NCBI GenBank assembly: GCA_904063045.1
Contig: CAJFCJ010000018.1
Coordinates: 930,001 to 994,000, forward strand
Length of the DNA stretch: 64,000 nucleotides
Direction of reading: 5' to 3'
DNA from: Dimorphilus gyrociliatus
Taxonomy: Eukaryota; Animalia; Annelida
This document shows, in pieces, positions 1 through 13,722 of this stretch. The notes below the pieces were generated by a model that was not told the DNA's origin, did no database searches, and worked only from the letters and a program-made list of their open reading frames with translations. Made by a program: the position numbers and the translations under genes. How positions within the stretch are numbered: position 1 is the first letter of the stretch; each line of letters starts with the position of its first letter.

Positions 1-729
1 AACAACATATTGCGTAGAAGTTTTCCAATGATAATGTGTTCACTTGACAATTTATCGTGATATATCAATATTGATTTCATCTTTTAGGTTGTGCCATTTT
101 TATTTCTTAGTCGAACATTTTTTCACGAAAATCCTTTCCAAGGCCTGTTAGATTTAGATATTTATTAACATATATTTGTTTATTTTTCCTTATTTTTGTA
201 TAATGCAGACAAATATTTTCTTGCATTATCTTTAATCTGTGCACAAATGGATGAGATTGAAATTTTCTACACTTTAATTTTGATGGAAGATATTTTTCAC
301 TGATTTGTTATGAGCAATATATTAAATGTTACCTGAATTAAGGATTTGCGGTGTTTTAAATGTACAATTTCACGGTTTGAAAGCCGTGATTTGACTGCTT
401 AAAAAGATGCAATGTATCACTTTGAATTTTTGCAAATTGTAGAAGTGTTTTTTTTTGTATACTTTGAAGTTTGAGATCGAAGTTAACAATGTTTTTAATA
501 AATCATGAAGAATAAGAAATTAGAGTCTCTTGTTTGTTTTGACTTCAGTTTTAGCCTGGATCGTGGTTTATATCTTTAGCTCCAGCAGGCAAAAATACGA
601 ATAATAAGAACCTGATTATTTCTGCTTCGTTTAGGTTCTTTATATTCGTATTCTGAATGGGACTTTTTAAAGTTAAATTAGGTTGGAATGTATTTTTAAA
701 ATTGTCAAAACTAGATTCGACGTTATAGA

Positions 730-1694
730 ATGAATGGTATGTAAAGTATTATATTGCAACTTATCATCTGTATGGATAAAATTTGATATCAATCATGTTT
801 TTTTAAATAAATACTTTTTACGATCATTTTGAATTTTTGTTTTTTTTAATATTTTTTAGGGGAAACTTTACAAAGAACTCCACTAAATTTTAACGATTTT
901 ACTGAAAATATATTGGAAGTATTGGAAGTAATTGTTCACAGTTTGCTCTATACAACAGGAATTTATCCCGATGGCACGTTTAGGGAAAGTAGCAAGTATC
1001 TGATACCTATTCCGGTTAGTTATTTTCTCATCTTTTTTCTCTTTAAAGGTTCATTTGTTTAATTTAAATTTGTTGTAGATTTGCAAGGAAAGGCTTGTGT
1101 TTTCGTATATTCACAATGCTGTGCTTTCTTTAAAGTCGTTATTGAAAGAGCAGTCCATTAGCACCTTTAACTTATTGATAACAGATGGAAATGCTAAAAC
1201 GGTTTGTCAATTTGTCATAGAATTCAATTTTGGGAATAATTTCATTCAAAATTTAAGGTGAGCAGTTGTCAATAGGCCTAAATTTAATACTAAAAATAAT
1301 TTAAATTATTCTTATTAGTGATAGTCAGAAAGATGACCTAGTGGGAGCATTTCGTGCCTTGCTAAGTGTAATTAAATCGTGTAGCATTTTACAAAACATA
1401 AGATCACTGGAAAAGAAATCATGGCTAATAGAAGTTATTGGGAAGAATTCTGATTTAAAAATAGTTACAAATAATTCAGATTTGATGAATTGGAAGAAGA
1501 CTAATATGAATTCGTTATCAACCGACTTTTCAATTATACCATTGAAATCAATATGGTGTGATACTTTTTCAGTAAGTATAATATGCAAATTTTTCAATAT
1601 ATGGATATATACAGTATATATATATATATATACATATTATACTATTATTCAAATAAAATAGATGCAGTGCTTTCTAAAGGAACGTAATTCTTAG
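730..1694 (+). CDS. MAD2L2: HORMA-domain protein REV7/MAD2L2; exons 730-736, 860-1014, 1079-1257, 1319-1571, 1662-1694
   Basis: Spliced translation MNGETLQRTPLNFNDFTENILEVLEVIVHSLLYTTGIYPDGTFRESSKYLIPIP...GAFRALLSVIKSC...IIPLKSIWCDTFS|MQCFLKERNS* aligns by eye to REV7 ([42 protein letters not shown]). GT-AG junctions keep frame. Confidence 0.85.
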
Positions 1695-2471
1695 CATACA
1701 ACTAAAAAAGAAACTTGTCCCCTCACTATTATCATCTTTTATTACTACTGATTACATATTCTTTGAAAATATCATTCAAACTATTTTATTCGTTTATCTA
1801 TTAATATATAAATATTTTTAATACTCATTTATGTTTTAAAAGCATTGTTTTCATATTAAAATAATATAATAAAAATACTTTAAGTAAACAAGTAATTACA
1901 AGATTAATATCTATATTATTATGCAAAATAGAAATATGATTAATTGATATTATACAAATATTAAAATGAAGGAAGTTCAATATATGAATAGATGACTCAA
2001 TCAACCGTAAAATAATCTATATTCTTTGATATAATTGATCAATAGTTTGATATATTTATATATAAATATGCAATACATGTTATAACAGTTTTATAGATTA
2101 TAAATAGACGAATAGTAGTTTTTTAAATCGATCAATTTTTAACATTCCCTTATATTAAAGGTGGAAAAACCTACGCTAATTTACCCTACAATAAGTTAAT
2201 TTGTACCTACAGTTCTATTTTTAGGTTTTACAAATGATTTAGTCGTAACCTTAGATAATCATTTGTTTGTATCAATAGGGGAAAGTAAAACTAAAACTGT
2301 CACCTGTAAACAATCTCAGGTAACCATTGTTTCGCTATAGACTAATAGTTTTTATGGGCTACTAGCGCCACCTATTTTTCGTCTGCTTGCTTACTCATGT
2401 TATCTCCCCTTTTAAATCATTTCACGAATTGAATAAGATGTTAGAATTCTGTAGAAAAGCTGTTTAGAGGA

Positions 2472-5319
2472 ATGGAAAAGAGTTTAGAGGATATACTTTA
2501 TGCTTTTAACGCGCCTTTGAGCGAAGAACAGGCCTGGGCGGTTTGCCACCAGTGTCTAATTTATCTAATTAAGGTAGACAAGAGTTACCGACGTTTTCGG
2601 GGATTAAATTCTGTTATCATTGGTCCAAATGGCAATGTTGTCAGAATTAAAGGAGACGAGGATGGTAGTGAGAAAGAGGTATAATATCCGTTTTCTCCAG
2701 TTATTCAAACTTTGAACCACTCACTATAACTGTAATAAATGCCTATATCTATTGACTTTCAAAAGGTTACGAAATGTCTTGGAGCTTTGGTCTACCAAAC
2801 AATTGATTGGGGTCTTAGCGAAGAGGAATCTAACGAAATTAGTCCAGAATTAACTTTTTTAATAGAGGAATTGATTAGGGGAGATGATAGTTTCGAAAAG
2901 GATGAAGGAATAGATACAGAAGAATCACCTTCCTATTTTTCGTTATCATCAGCATTAAAGGTAAAGTAATGTTTAGTAGCTGTTCTTAATAAACGAAATA
3001 TTTATTATATAGATTTGTAAGGAGAGACATGTAGAAGAACATTATAAAGCTGTATGTAGAGCGATCATAACAGAAGCAAACGAATTATCTGAGTTTTTAG
3101 ATAAGATCTCAAACGAATCCGTTGATGAACTCAATAGAACTGATTGGGCCAAATTATGGATTCAATTAATGAAAGAGCTAAGAATGGGAGTCAAGTTAAA
3201 AAGTATTGAGATTGAGAAACAAAGGAACTGTCATTACGAGCTTACACCATATGAAATTTTAATGGCTGATATCCGAGACAAACGATATCATCTAAACAAA
3301 ATTATGGTAAAATTTAAATATCCAACTGACAAATTTTTGTTAAATATCCCAGCACGTATTTTTCTATTGTACTCAATATTTGTAATGCTTATGTACAGGT
3401 GAACGGCGATATTCCGCAACACGCATCTAAAACCGATGCCAGGTCCGTGATTATGGATTTTATTAGATCTAGGCCTCCTTTAAAGCCAGCTGGCGAGAGA
3501 GTTCTAAAACCAAAAAAATCTCCAAAGTTACTGGTTCGAGAGGAATTAATGCAACAGATAAAAAGAGGAGTATCTCTAAAGACCACTCCATGTTGGTATT
3601 TGTAAATTATTTGTACAATTGAAACTAAATCATAATCATTTTCAGCCTCTAAGTTAGCCATTGTAGCGAAGAAGAATCTAAAGAAAATTGAACCAATTGA
3701 CTTTGTTGATTTTGAAGATTGGGAATCGGAAGATGATTTAGATGAAAATGATTTAGTCGAGGAGAGAGATTGTCAAACTCCAACTATGGATACAGATAAA
3801 TATAATATCGAAGAGGAAATTGAAAAGAAATTAACAACTTTAAGACCAAAGAGGAAATTGGATGAGGAAGAGAATTCCAGACCAAATTCCCTAAATTTGG
3901 AAGATAAAAGAATTGAAAAAGAATGTGCTGGAAAGGACTATGATGAAAAGGAAAATGTTGAAAATTGTCCTTTAGCGGATAATGAGAAGAATAACAATGA
4001 TTTCAGGGAAGAAACACCTAAAAATAACAAAATTAAATTAATAGTTAGTGATGATTTATTACAACCATTGACTCCTTTATCACCCAATGGAGGTAAGAAT
4101 GCTTAATAAATTAAGCCAATAGTATTATATAATATATTTTTAGGGAATATTTCAGAGTCTGAAAGAACTTGCCGAAAGAGAGAACTCAGGAAAAGACATT
4201 CCCTAACAGCTATAAATTTTACCCCAAAATTCAGTGTTAGTTGGTTATTAAAATTGATAAAAAGAAAGCTTTAAACAATAGTTCTATATATAAAGTATAT
4301 ACTGTATATATACAGTATATATATATTGATATATTTCTACAAATTAATATTTCGTACAAAACTAACTTCTCTACTGGCTTTGTATGAAAAAATCGTATAA
4401 ATTCGTATTTACTAAAAAGAATTTAACATATAGGCAAACATATGTAACGCTTTTATTCCTCAGGTTAATAATATTGATTGCTTATCGTTAACGCTCGATG
4501 AACTATCTCATATTCGTCATACCCTCACCAAAGCCGAGTTGGAATATTGTATTTCTAATAATAAACTCTACGATTTACTAAGAAAAGGACAAATCTGTTT
4601 TATTTGTAAGAAGACTAAATTTTCTTTCTTTGGCGATCGGTCAACAAAATGTAAAATCTGCTGTCGTTTAATATGCAACAAATGCTTAAAGCAGGTAAAT
4701 TAAATATCTAGCTTTATCTTTTTATATAAAGTAGTATAACAATCTACAAATAGGTTATGGATTAAAACGCAAAGAGCTTTACTAGAGGCATATAGCGCTT
4801 CTCTTTTAAAACTGATTTCAAATCTCATTCATAGTAGTAAGATATTAGCTTAAACTCTCAAAATTTTATAGGTTAATCTCCCGCTGGAGCACTTTAGTCG
4901 TATTCCCGCCTACACTTTGGGCCCTTCTTCCAGTCTCAGGTATCCAGTAGAGAATCAGTAAGTTTTAAAAAGTTTAACTGATGTTTTTCAATAATTAACA
5001 TCGGAATATTTTTCCTACTTATAAAAGTTATGGATCAGCTCCAAATTCACCAGAACGAGGTCGCAAATTACCTTTTGTGACAGATTTACTTAATCATATT
5101 TCCGCAAAGGTAATACATTATATGTGAAATTCTTAATTATCGATTTAATGTAATTAAAAATTTCTTTACCAGCGTTCTAAAGTACCAATTTGCATAGACT
5201 GCAAAGACTTAGTTTTTCAAATTGTAAAAGCCAGCAGAAACACTCTCTACACAATAGGAAATTCTTCATCCGTCCCTTTCGCAGACCATCATGACGGTGA
5301 CTTAATTGGAACTATCTAA
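2472..5319 (+). CDS. SPIR: Spire actin nucleator (KIND, 4 WH2, modified FYVE), multi-exon
   Basis: KIND start SLEDILYAFNAPLSEEQAWAVCHQC. Four WH2-like segments (WIQLMKELRMGVKLK, PYEILMADIRDKRYHL, ARSVIMDFIRSRPPLK, REELMQQIKRGVSLK). Zn finger ICFICKKTKFSFFG...CKICCRLICNKC. Last exon ends GDLIGTI* at 5317-5319. Confidence 0.93.
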
Positions 5320-5681
5320 AGTATCTATTTACATAGAATGTTTTTACTCTATTTTTTTAAAAAAAGTATTTTACTATGAAAGCAAGTGTTTTTTAACGGA
5401 TTTAGATCATTTAAGTATTATTGCTCAATTTTGTGAGATTCATGGCAAAGATATGTAATTACTTTGATTTAGAATTATCATAATAATTTGATATTACTTT
5501 AATATTGGGACATAATAAAATAATATACAAAGTATATTTCCTTCAAATTATTGTATGTTTTGTTAACAATTATTGAAAATATCTAGTCTATTATTAAATC
5601 AACGTCATAAAAATGGCGCTATGTCACCACGGCGATTCCCTAACCTGAGTAAATAGACTTTAGGCAATTTATGACTTAACC

Positions 5682-6551
5682 ATGACAGAGAATGAAGACG
5701 AATATACGAGTCGTTTAGTAAAGTTGGTTTTAATAGGAGACGGAACCTCTGGAAAGGTTTTGAGAGTTATCTAGTTATTTCCTGCAGTTTGCTAATTCAA
5801 AAATTTCGCGTAGACTTCTTTAGCTTATCGGTACGTTAACGATACATTCAGCAAACCTTACTCGCAAACACTAGGAATTGATTGTTTATTAAAGAGAACA
5901 ATTTTATCAAGTAATGTTCACGTTACTGCACAAATATGGCATATTGGAGGCCAAAGTATTGGAGGAGGGATGCTTGATAAATACCTTTACAACGCCGATG
6001 GTGTAATTTTAGTATATGACGTTACCAATTTGGAAAGTTTTGAAAATTTAATGGATTGGAAAGAGCAAGTTCTTCAACTTATAAGATTACGTAGCGATGC
6101 AAAATTTCCTCACTTTGTTCTTGTGGGTAACAAAAGTAAGGATTTGATATTCCATAAGAAGTTTATTAAGCTAAGTTTTAACTATTTTTAATTTAGTCGA
6201 TCTCGAACATTTAAGGGTTGTTCGAGGGCAGCGACAAGAAGCGTTTGCAAAGAAACAAGGCATGAGTTCATATTTTGTTTCGGCTAAAACAGGAGAGGGC
6301 GTAAGTTGGTATTTTACCGCGAATGATCTGTCTATAAAATATTTTATTGTTTAAAGGTTACGATGTGTTTTAAGAAAGTTATTGCTGATATTTTAGGCAT
6401 TAAATTGACGGTAAAAGATCATGATTATCAATATACTATAGTTAAAGCAGAAATTGTCAAAGAAAAGAAAAAATGCACAGAAAATTCAACAGTTCAATCA
6501 GTTGCAAGACCAAAATCTCCAGAGAAAAGCTCGTTTTGTGTTGTTCAATAA
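5682..6551 (+). CDS. RAB28: Rab28 small GTPase, 4 exons
   Basis: MTENEDEYTSRLVKLVLIGDGTSGKT, IGGQSIGGGMLDKYLYNADG, VGNKIDLEHLR, VSAKTG, and C-terminal CaaX CVVQ, all typical of Rab28. Confidence 0.93.
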
Positions 6552-7029
6552 GTTGTTTTATCCTATATTAGAAAGGGTAGACTTAACCTTGCTAGACTAC
6601 ACTTCAGGCAGATTATAGACTTATTTCTCCAATGATTTTATATATTCCTTATATTGAATAAAGTTAAGTTTTAGTAATCGTTTTATTACTCTATTTTACA
6701 AATATTTATTGAGTCTTCAATAAACTTACAAGAGATATTTGTTATAAATAAATATAAACACTCTTTTCCCGCCTTCTAAATCTTTCAAAGAGATGGAACC
6801 GTATTCCAGTGCGAATTTTATCTAAATTTTTAAGATCAGAATATTTGCAGCAAATCATTGTTGCAAAGAACGCAGAAATTTTCGCAGGGTTTCTATGACG
6901 GATCCATTTTGCTGAATGCTTATTGAAATAAACCGGTGACAGCAAGTGATTGAATATTATGTAAGTTTCCTGTAAGATTTTAACACCTTACAAATCGCTG
7001 GAATATTCAATTTGAAATATTTAGGCAAA

Positions 7030-10000
7030 ATGTCTTCGCCTGCCAAATCTCATTATCAGCCGGCACACGATGGACAATTTTCGTTTAAAGATTTATGTGA
7101 TAGAATGTTAAGAATGAAAGTTGATCAAAATGTTTCTACCTATCATTTACATGAGATATTTAACGAAATACTATCTATGAATTATAAAAGTTTTACATTT
7201 CAACGTGTAAATGTAAGTGGATTTTTATTAATACTTTGTTTTGCTATTTCTTTATATCTATATATCACCTTAAATACGGCTATCAGGTTAGATATATGAA
7301 ATGACTATTTGTTAACAAACAAGTAATTTATTTTCAGACCTTAACAAGTTTCATTAACAATGGCATAAAACTAGTGAAACTTAATGAACATCACTTAGTT
7401 AATAAGTTTTGCGAAGCTATTTATAAAGTAGGATGGGATTTGGACGAGGTAACACTTTCTGTCAATATTTTTGGAATAAAAGAATACTCAATTTTTTCCT
7501 CTAATTGCTATTTATAGGTGAAACTTGTAGATTTACAAATTGACCAAGTTATTAATTGGTTTCTAAATGCTATTGAACAATCTCCAAGATGGGTTACAGG
7601 AAAAATATTATTTAGTTTTTCTGTAATCCTAAATAAACAATGTTACGACGCCTCACCAAAAATTTGTGCTGCTTTAATCTCTGAATATGGCTTCCTCACA
7701 ACTTTTTTGTCGATGACCAAAGATATTGAAATGGCAACCGGTGTGGCTGCGTGTCTGAAATCTTTCTTTAGATTTGATGCAGATATGCAGGAAGATATGA
7801 ATATTGACTGCAGAACTATACGTTATGTATTTGCTAAACTTTTACATTGTTTAGCTATTGAGATACCTCGGATGACTTCAGATCAACTAAAGCATCTCCG
7901 AATGGTCACATATACTTTACATCTACTTCAAAGTTTGTACAAATTGGGATACTTTTGGCATAAAGAAGAAGTTTGTCAAATACTTAGAGTGAGAATATAT
8001 TTATTTATATTTGAAGCTTATAGTAATTTTATATTATTGTAGAGATTTTGCGTCCTTAACCCATCTGTGGACTTTAAATATATAGATATCCGAGCCACTA
8101 TAGACAAATTATATTCTTTGAACGATGAAAATTACGTAAAATTACAATCAGTGAGGGCTAAGCGTAGCAAATCTGGTAAAAAGAAGAAAAAACCCGAAAC
8201 AACTCAATTAAAAGCATATAACGTCCAATCAAAAATTAACTGGAATAAATTTTCATACGAGTTTAAGTGAGTTTTATATGAAATTGCATCATTTTTCAAG
8301 TATAATATATATATATATATACTGTATATGTCTTTGTTTTTTAATTACAAAAGATTTCTTTCAAACGAAGAGGAACAAGTGATAAGTGAAGATGCCATGA
8401 GAATCATAAATATACCTATTCCGTCGAAATGTGAATCTGTACACGATGAAGTTAGAATCCTAGCATTGAAAACTTTACCAGTTGCTCTCTCCTATTTGGA
8501 CTTGTCTGAATCTTTTGATTTGGCAGTTTCAATGCTTAGTTTAAATCAAAAGTTTAAGCAGCAAAAAAGTATCCTTGTCTTCTGTTTTGAAGCAACTGAT
8601 TTACATAGCAGAGTTAGAACGGAAGCAATTGAATTTATAACGGCCGTTATTAGGAAATGTAAAGATATATTATCCAATATACACGATAATGTACTGAAAC
8701 CCCTTACAATAACCTGTTCTTCAATGGCACCTAAGGCTTTTGAATTGTTCATAAATATTCATCAGCTTTTAACATACATCATAGCAACAGAAACCAACTG
8801 CAATGTTGTAACAGAAGCGTTAAAAAGTTTTGAAACTCTATTAGAGATTGTACCATATTCAAGAGTTCGTCCAAAGTTATTTTATGATATAATCCAAATG
8901 GCTATGCATTGCCTGAATTGTAATGATATCACTCTAAGAATCGGTGCTTATAAAGTAATAGCAGCTTGTCTAAGCGTTGGCCGAGACAGTAATGGAATAA
9001 ATAAGCATGTTGCTTTCGTTCTCCTGTCGAAAGCTTCTATGCTGTTCAAAGGATCTGTTAAGCCACTTTGTATTGTTGAGCCTACTGTTAACAAAGGTGG
9101 AGCATTATTGATGGTTGATGTTCACGATAGTAGAGAGGATGTAGAAGAGGATGTATTTCATCATGGAAAACTTTATGACTTTTTGATGCAAGGAGAAAGT
9201 GTAATTAATCAAAATGTTCTATACGAGAAAGTCAAACTTGGAAATTGCTGGTTGTTATCTTTAGTATTTCGTATTCTATCTGCAAAATTGTTCGATCTTC
9301 AAGATGTTGCATATACTACGGTTGAGGGTTTCCATGGTTTAGTCGAAAATGAAGAATGGGTGTACAAAGGAAAAAGATTAGTTTCAGTTGTTGAAGTTAT
9401 AGAAGTAATAAGCATATTAAGATGCTTGTTCCGCCATGCATTTGTAGTTCTTGTTCCATACATTGGAGCAATTCACAAATATACTCTTCGACTTTGTTCT
9501 CATCAGGTCATCAGAAGTCTATACAAATGTTCAATTGATAGTTATACTTTTTTGTTTTACAGGACGATTCTTTACGATGTCATGGTCTAAAACTTTGGAC
9601 GGAGTTTGTAACTGCTGAAAGTGTTTTAAACGCGGAAGAAAGCTTATTACCAAAATCTCTAGTCTACATAATGTGGTCTGAAATGATCGAAAAATGCCTT
9701 CTGACATGTATAGCAGCTCAACAATCTTCCGTTGTGACAGCCTCAGCCAATGCTCTTTCCCAAATATCTCAATCTGTGTTTGATCTATTTCGATCGGAAA
9801 AAGGTCCAATTCTTTATTCCATTGTTACATCTGCTGCAAATTCCATTCTGACGTCGAAATCAATTGATGACAATTGCACAGCGGCAGTTTTCAAAACAGC
9901 AGGAACTTTTGCAAAATTTCAATGTACAAGACAAGAATATGGTTTTATAGATGATGTTGTTCGCTTAGTTGCGAATATTGTGGGTCGTCATTCGAAGAAG

Positions 10001-11129
10001 AACGACGAATTAAAAATGGTTATGCAGCGTTGCGCATGGTTATTATCAAATGTTCTTGGTCAAATATCTTCAACGCCATATAAAGATGTAGCTGTTGAAT
10101 TTGAATCATCTTTCTTTTCTCGTGTATTGAGTATCGTTATTGTAATGTGTTCATCAGTTGACGAAAAGGTTTGCTCGAATGCTGCTAGAAGTCTGTCTTA
10201 TTTTATTAAGTTAATACCGCAAAATTGGCACAACGAAAAAGTAGGAAACAGATATTTATATATTAATATTTGTTGTTAAATGAATAATTGTATTTTCTCT
10301 TTATTGATAGAAAGTGGACGAAGTGAATGATCTCTTTGGCAAAGGGATGGAAAAAGTTAATAGGGAAGAGAATCTACGCCAAGCGGTAAACTATCTCATA
10401 AGTTTCTCGAAGAAGAAGGCTTTAAAGATTGTTTGGAATGCTACGTTGGCTCTCGGATTAGTTTTAAAATATTCTCCTTTACCGTTAGGTGCTCTAAAAA
10501 ATGAGATAATCGTACAACTAGTGAAGTTAGTTGCGTGTCATACAAACTATAAGGTTCGAATGCATGCTTGCTCAGCCTTAAGGTATATACCATCAATAGA
10601 ATATATGGAGGAGATTTTCAACGAAGTCGTCCTCAAGGCTTTTGAGGGAGTGGAGATTTTAGCTGCTGAAGCGCCGTATGAAAAGTATTCGGATCACTTG
10701 AAAACAGAATTGACTCGTACCATTTTACATTTCCTTGCTTTATGCTCCATGAAAGAATTAGTGTCTCTATTTGATAAATTAGATGAGAATAGATTAGAGT
10801 TAATGAGAAACTTTCTTGCTCCTCGATGGGCTGAGTTTAGAAAAGATTTAGTAATCTTTAAAATTAGAACGGGATCAAAAGCTATCGAAACCGAAGCTGA
10901 AGTAAAACATTATCAAAATGCTATTAAAGTCCCCGAAGCTACTGAAGAATGGCAAACTACCGAAGGTAAAATAGAATTAAGAGTCGAAGACACTTTGGCT
11001 GACCTACACGGAGCCGGCATGGAAAAATTAAGTAATGAGCCACCTACTACAAGAATTTTATATGAACTGTTCTATCATTCTGTTTTGAAAAAAGTTGTAA
11101 CCAGTCAATTCATGCCAATTTATGATTAA
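7030..11129 (+). CDS. HEATR6: HEAT repeat-containing protein 6-like, multi-exon
   Basis: Long helical-repeat exons (ORFs 7518, 8328, 9671, 10314). Motifs KVCSNAARSL, KIVWNATLALG and HTNYKVRMHACSAL match the HEATR6 C-terminal repeats. Confidence 0.8.
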
Positions 11130-11502
11130 TGGGCTACAATGACTATGTATTTTGTATCTTTCTATCATTAAATTAGTCAGATATCTATTAAAAGAAACAA
11201 AAAATATAACAACTAGATCATTAAAGCGGTAGTGGTCATATCTATAAAAGGTTTATTATCTCACTTAAAGATAGACTTAGTTTCCAAAATTAACTTTTTG
11301 TTGTTAACGCCATCTGTCTATCTCCATAAACCGGATATCGTTTGACCCCATCTTCCGGCTTACCGGTGAAGCGCACGTAAGAAAGTCAGAATGTCGTCAG
11401 TTTAAGTTGGTTGAAGCGTGAAATAACTCTGAGAAAAAATTATTATTATTAGCTAATCAGGCCATTCGAGGATAGTAACTCAGACGACAAGCTGATAAAA
11501 AG

Positions 11503-13683
11503 ATGTCTGTTCTTATTCTAGGCGGTATGAAGATTTCTTAATATTTATATATTTTACTGACATAATATGTTGGCTATGGTATTTTTACATATATATTTCT
11601 GTGAATACATGAATAGGAACAGGATTCATTGGAAGGAATTTGGTTCAATATCTCGTTGAGAATAATCTAGCTCATGAGGTAAGAAATAGTTTAAAGAAGA
11701 AAATTGACTATGAGTTTTTAAATTATGATCACGTGATCAAGAATTTAATTACCCTTTTATAATGTATATATAAAAAAGGCGACTATTAACAAGAGAGTAC
11801 TATAAATTTTTGTTAAATGCTTTAAATTAGTCGGTCAAAATCAGTTCTGCAGTGTCAGTGAACACCTGAGCAAATTTAATTTAAGAAGCGTTTTTTAAAA
11901 GAAGGCTTATAGGCTTAAAATCGTAAACAATTTCCTTGTGTTAGTTTACACTAGGCAGTTGTCACAGTTTATGGACTTTAAATACATAAATTACATTGTT
12001 AATTAGCAATATATATTGTATATATTAGTATATATATATATATATATATATTAAATCAATTGATAAATGAAGGAGAAATCATAAAAAAGAAACTTTTTCT
12101 ATTGGATATTAAGTTATTAGATTTGTCATAATACTTACTATTTTAAATGACTGCTAAAGATCATTATTAAAAAGTCATAAAAATATCAATTAGATTAAAC
12201 TAAAAAGAGGAAATAGATTTTAGTGATAAAACATTTTTTTTTTATTTATTTTTGAAAAAATTAGGCAATTAATTAATATAAATAAAAAAACTCGATAACA
12301 TAGATTGGAGTCGTTGATAAAACCCCACCGCAAATGGCTTATCTATGCAAAAGATCAGCAGAAGCTTTTCGAGATGATCGTGTACATTTTAGCCACGCTA
12401 ATTTAATTAATCCAGGTAAAATAATCAGATTATTTTATTAAATTGTTTATTATTAAAAACAATTCAATATTAAACGTTTATTCGTTTTTAATTCATTTTT
12501 ACTCTGGCTTTAGCGTCCGTTCAAAAAGCTTTCGATACCTGTCGAAAAGGAAATTACGAATATGTTGTTAATTGTGCGGCTGAAACCAAACACGGACATA
12601 ATGATGCTGTATGACTTTCTTTCTTTATTTTTAATTAATTATGTTAATTAACACTGTTCATATCTAAATATTACTTTTAGGTGTATAAAGAAGGAATATA
12701 TAAATTAAGCTTAAACTGTTCAAAAGAATCTGCTAAAAGAAATGTTAAAAAATATATCGAATTATCAACTTGCAGAATATTTGATAGTGAGGTACGTATA
12801 AGAATTTCTCTCTCTCTTCCTCTCATTCTCATTGAGTTTTACAGATAAGAAATTCTATAACTATCTTTTATTGATAATGATTACTTAAAAAAAATTCTTT
12901 TTTTTTTTTGTACTACTATCTTGCTTACTTAGATATTTTATCAATGAAAAACAATATAGTTTATTTCTATAAATAAACCCTGCATATATTAATTATCTAG
13001 AGCAGTTTATTAACAACAATATTATATTTACGATATATCGTATTTAAATTGCACTAATTATTAATCCTTGTTTTGTTTTATTTTTCCTTATAGAAACCTT
13101 GCAACGAAACCCACAAAGCAGATTTTCCTTGGACTGAGCGTGACAAACAAGTAATTTAAATAATTTAATTTAAAATAAAAGGAAGAGAAATTTCTATTAA
13201 ATTTATAAGCTTTAATTGTATTCATATAGAATTTATGTATATATCTAATATATAGGTTTATGTTTACTATTTATTTCTTTAGAAACTACTGGCTGAAAGT
13301 AAAATAAAAGAAACGCCAGAATTAAATTGGATTATACTACGTTTGGTAAATGTCTACGGTCCAGGAGATATTTGTAGCTTTTGTAAGAATAAATAGAAAT
13401 ATATTTTGTTCTTTTATTTAAGGTTTATATTTACATATACAAATATAATACGTGTTTTTATTTTAGTACCGAAAATACTTGCTGGTGCAGTATATAAGTA
13501 CTTAGAAAGAAAAATGCAGGTATAATTATATGTATTAAAATTTATATACTAATACAAATATTATCGGCCTTGGGTGAATTCAGGTAATAAAAATACATGT
13601 AACGCCTAGTTAAAATGGCTCTTACCCTGGATTAGGTGTAATTTTTAATTTCCTAGGCAGAATACCTAAGTTCTTTGTTTATA

Positions 13684-13722
<39 letters not shown>

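Noticed and set aside
1-729. Possible gene upstream of REV7
   Set aside because: No ORF or exon chain with recognisable motifs could be assembled.
1572-1661. ORF-track C-terminal tail of REV7 (VSIICK...YIYIYTYYTIIQIK)
   Set aside because: This is an intron: the GTAAGT donor at 1572 and acceptor at 1661 restore the conserved MQCFLKER end.
8569-8577. GTATCCTTG resembling a U12-type 5' splice site in HEATR6
   Set aside because: It lies in an open frame whose translation (KSILVFCFEA...RVRTEAIEFI) aligns with HEATR6, so it is coding.
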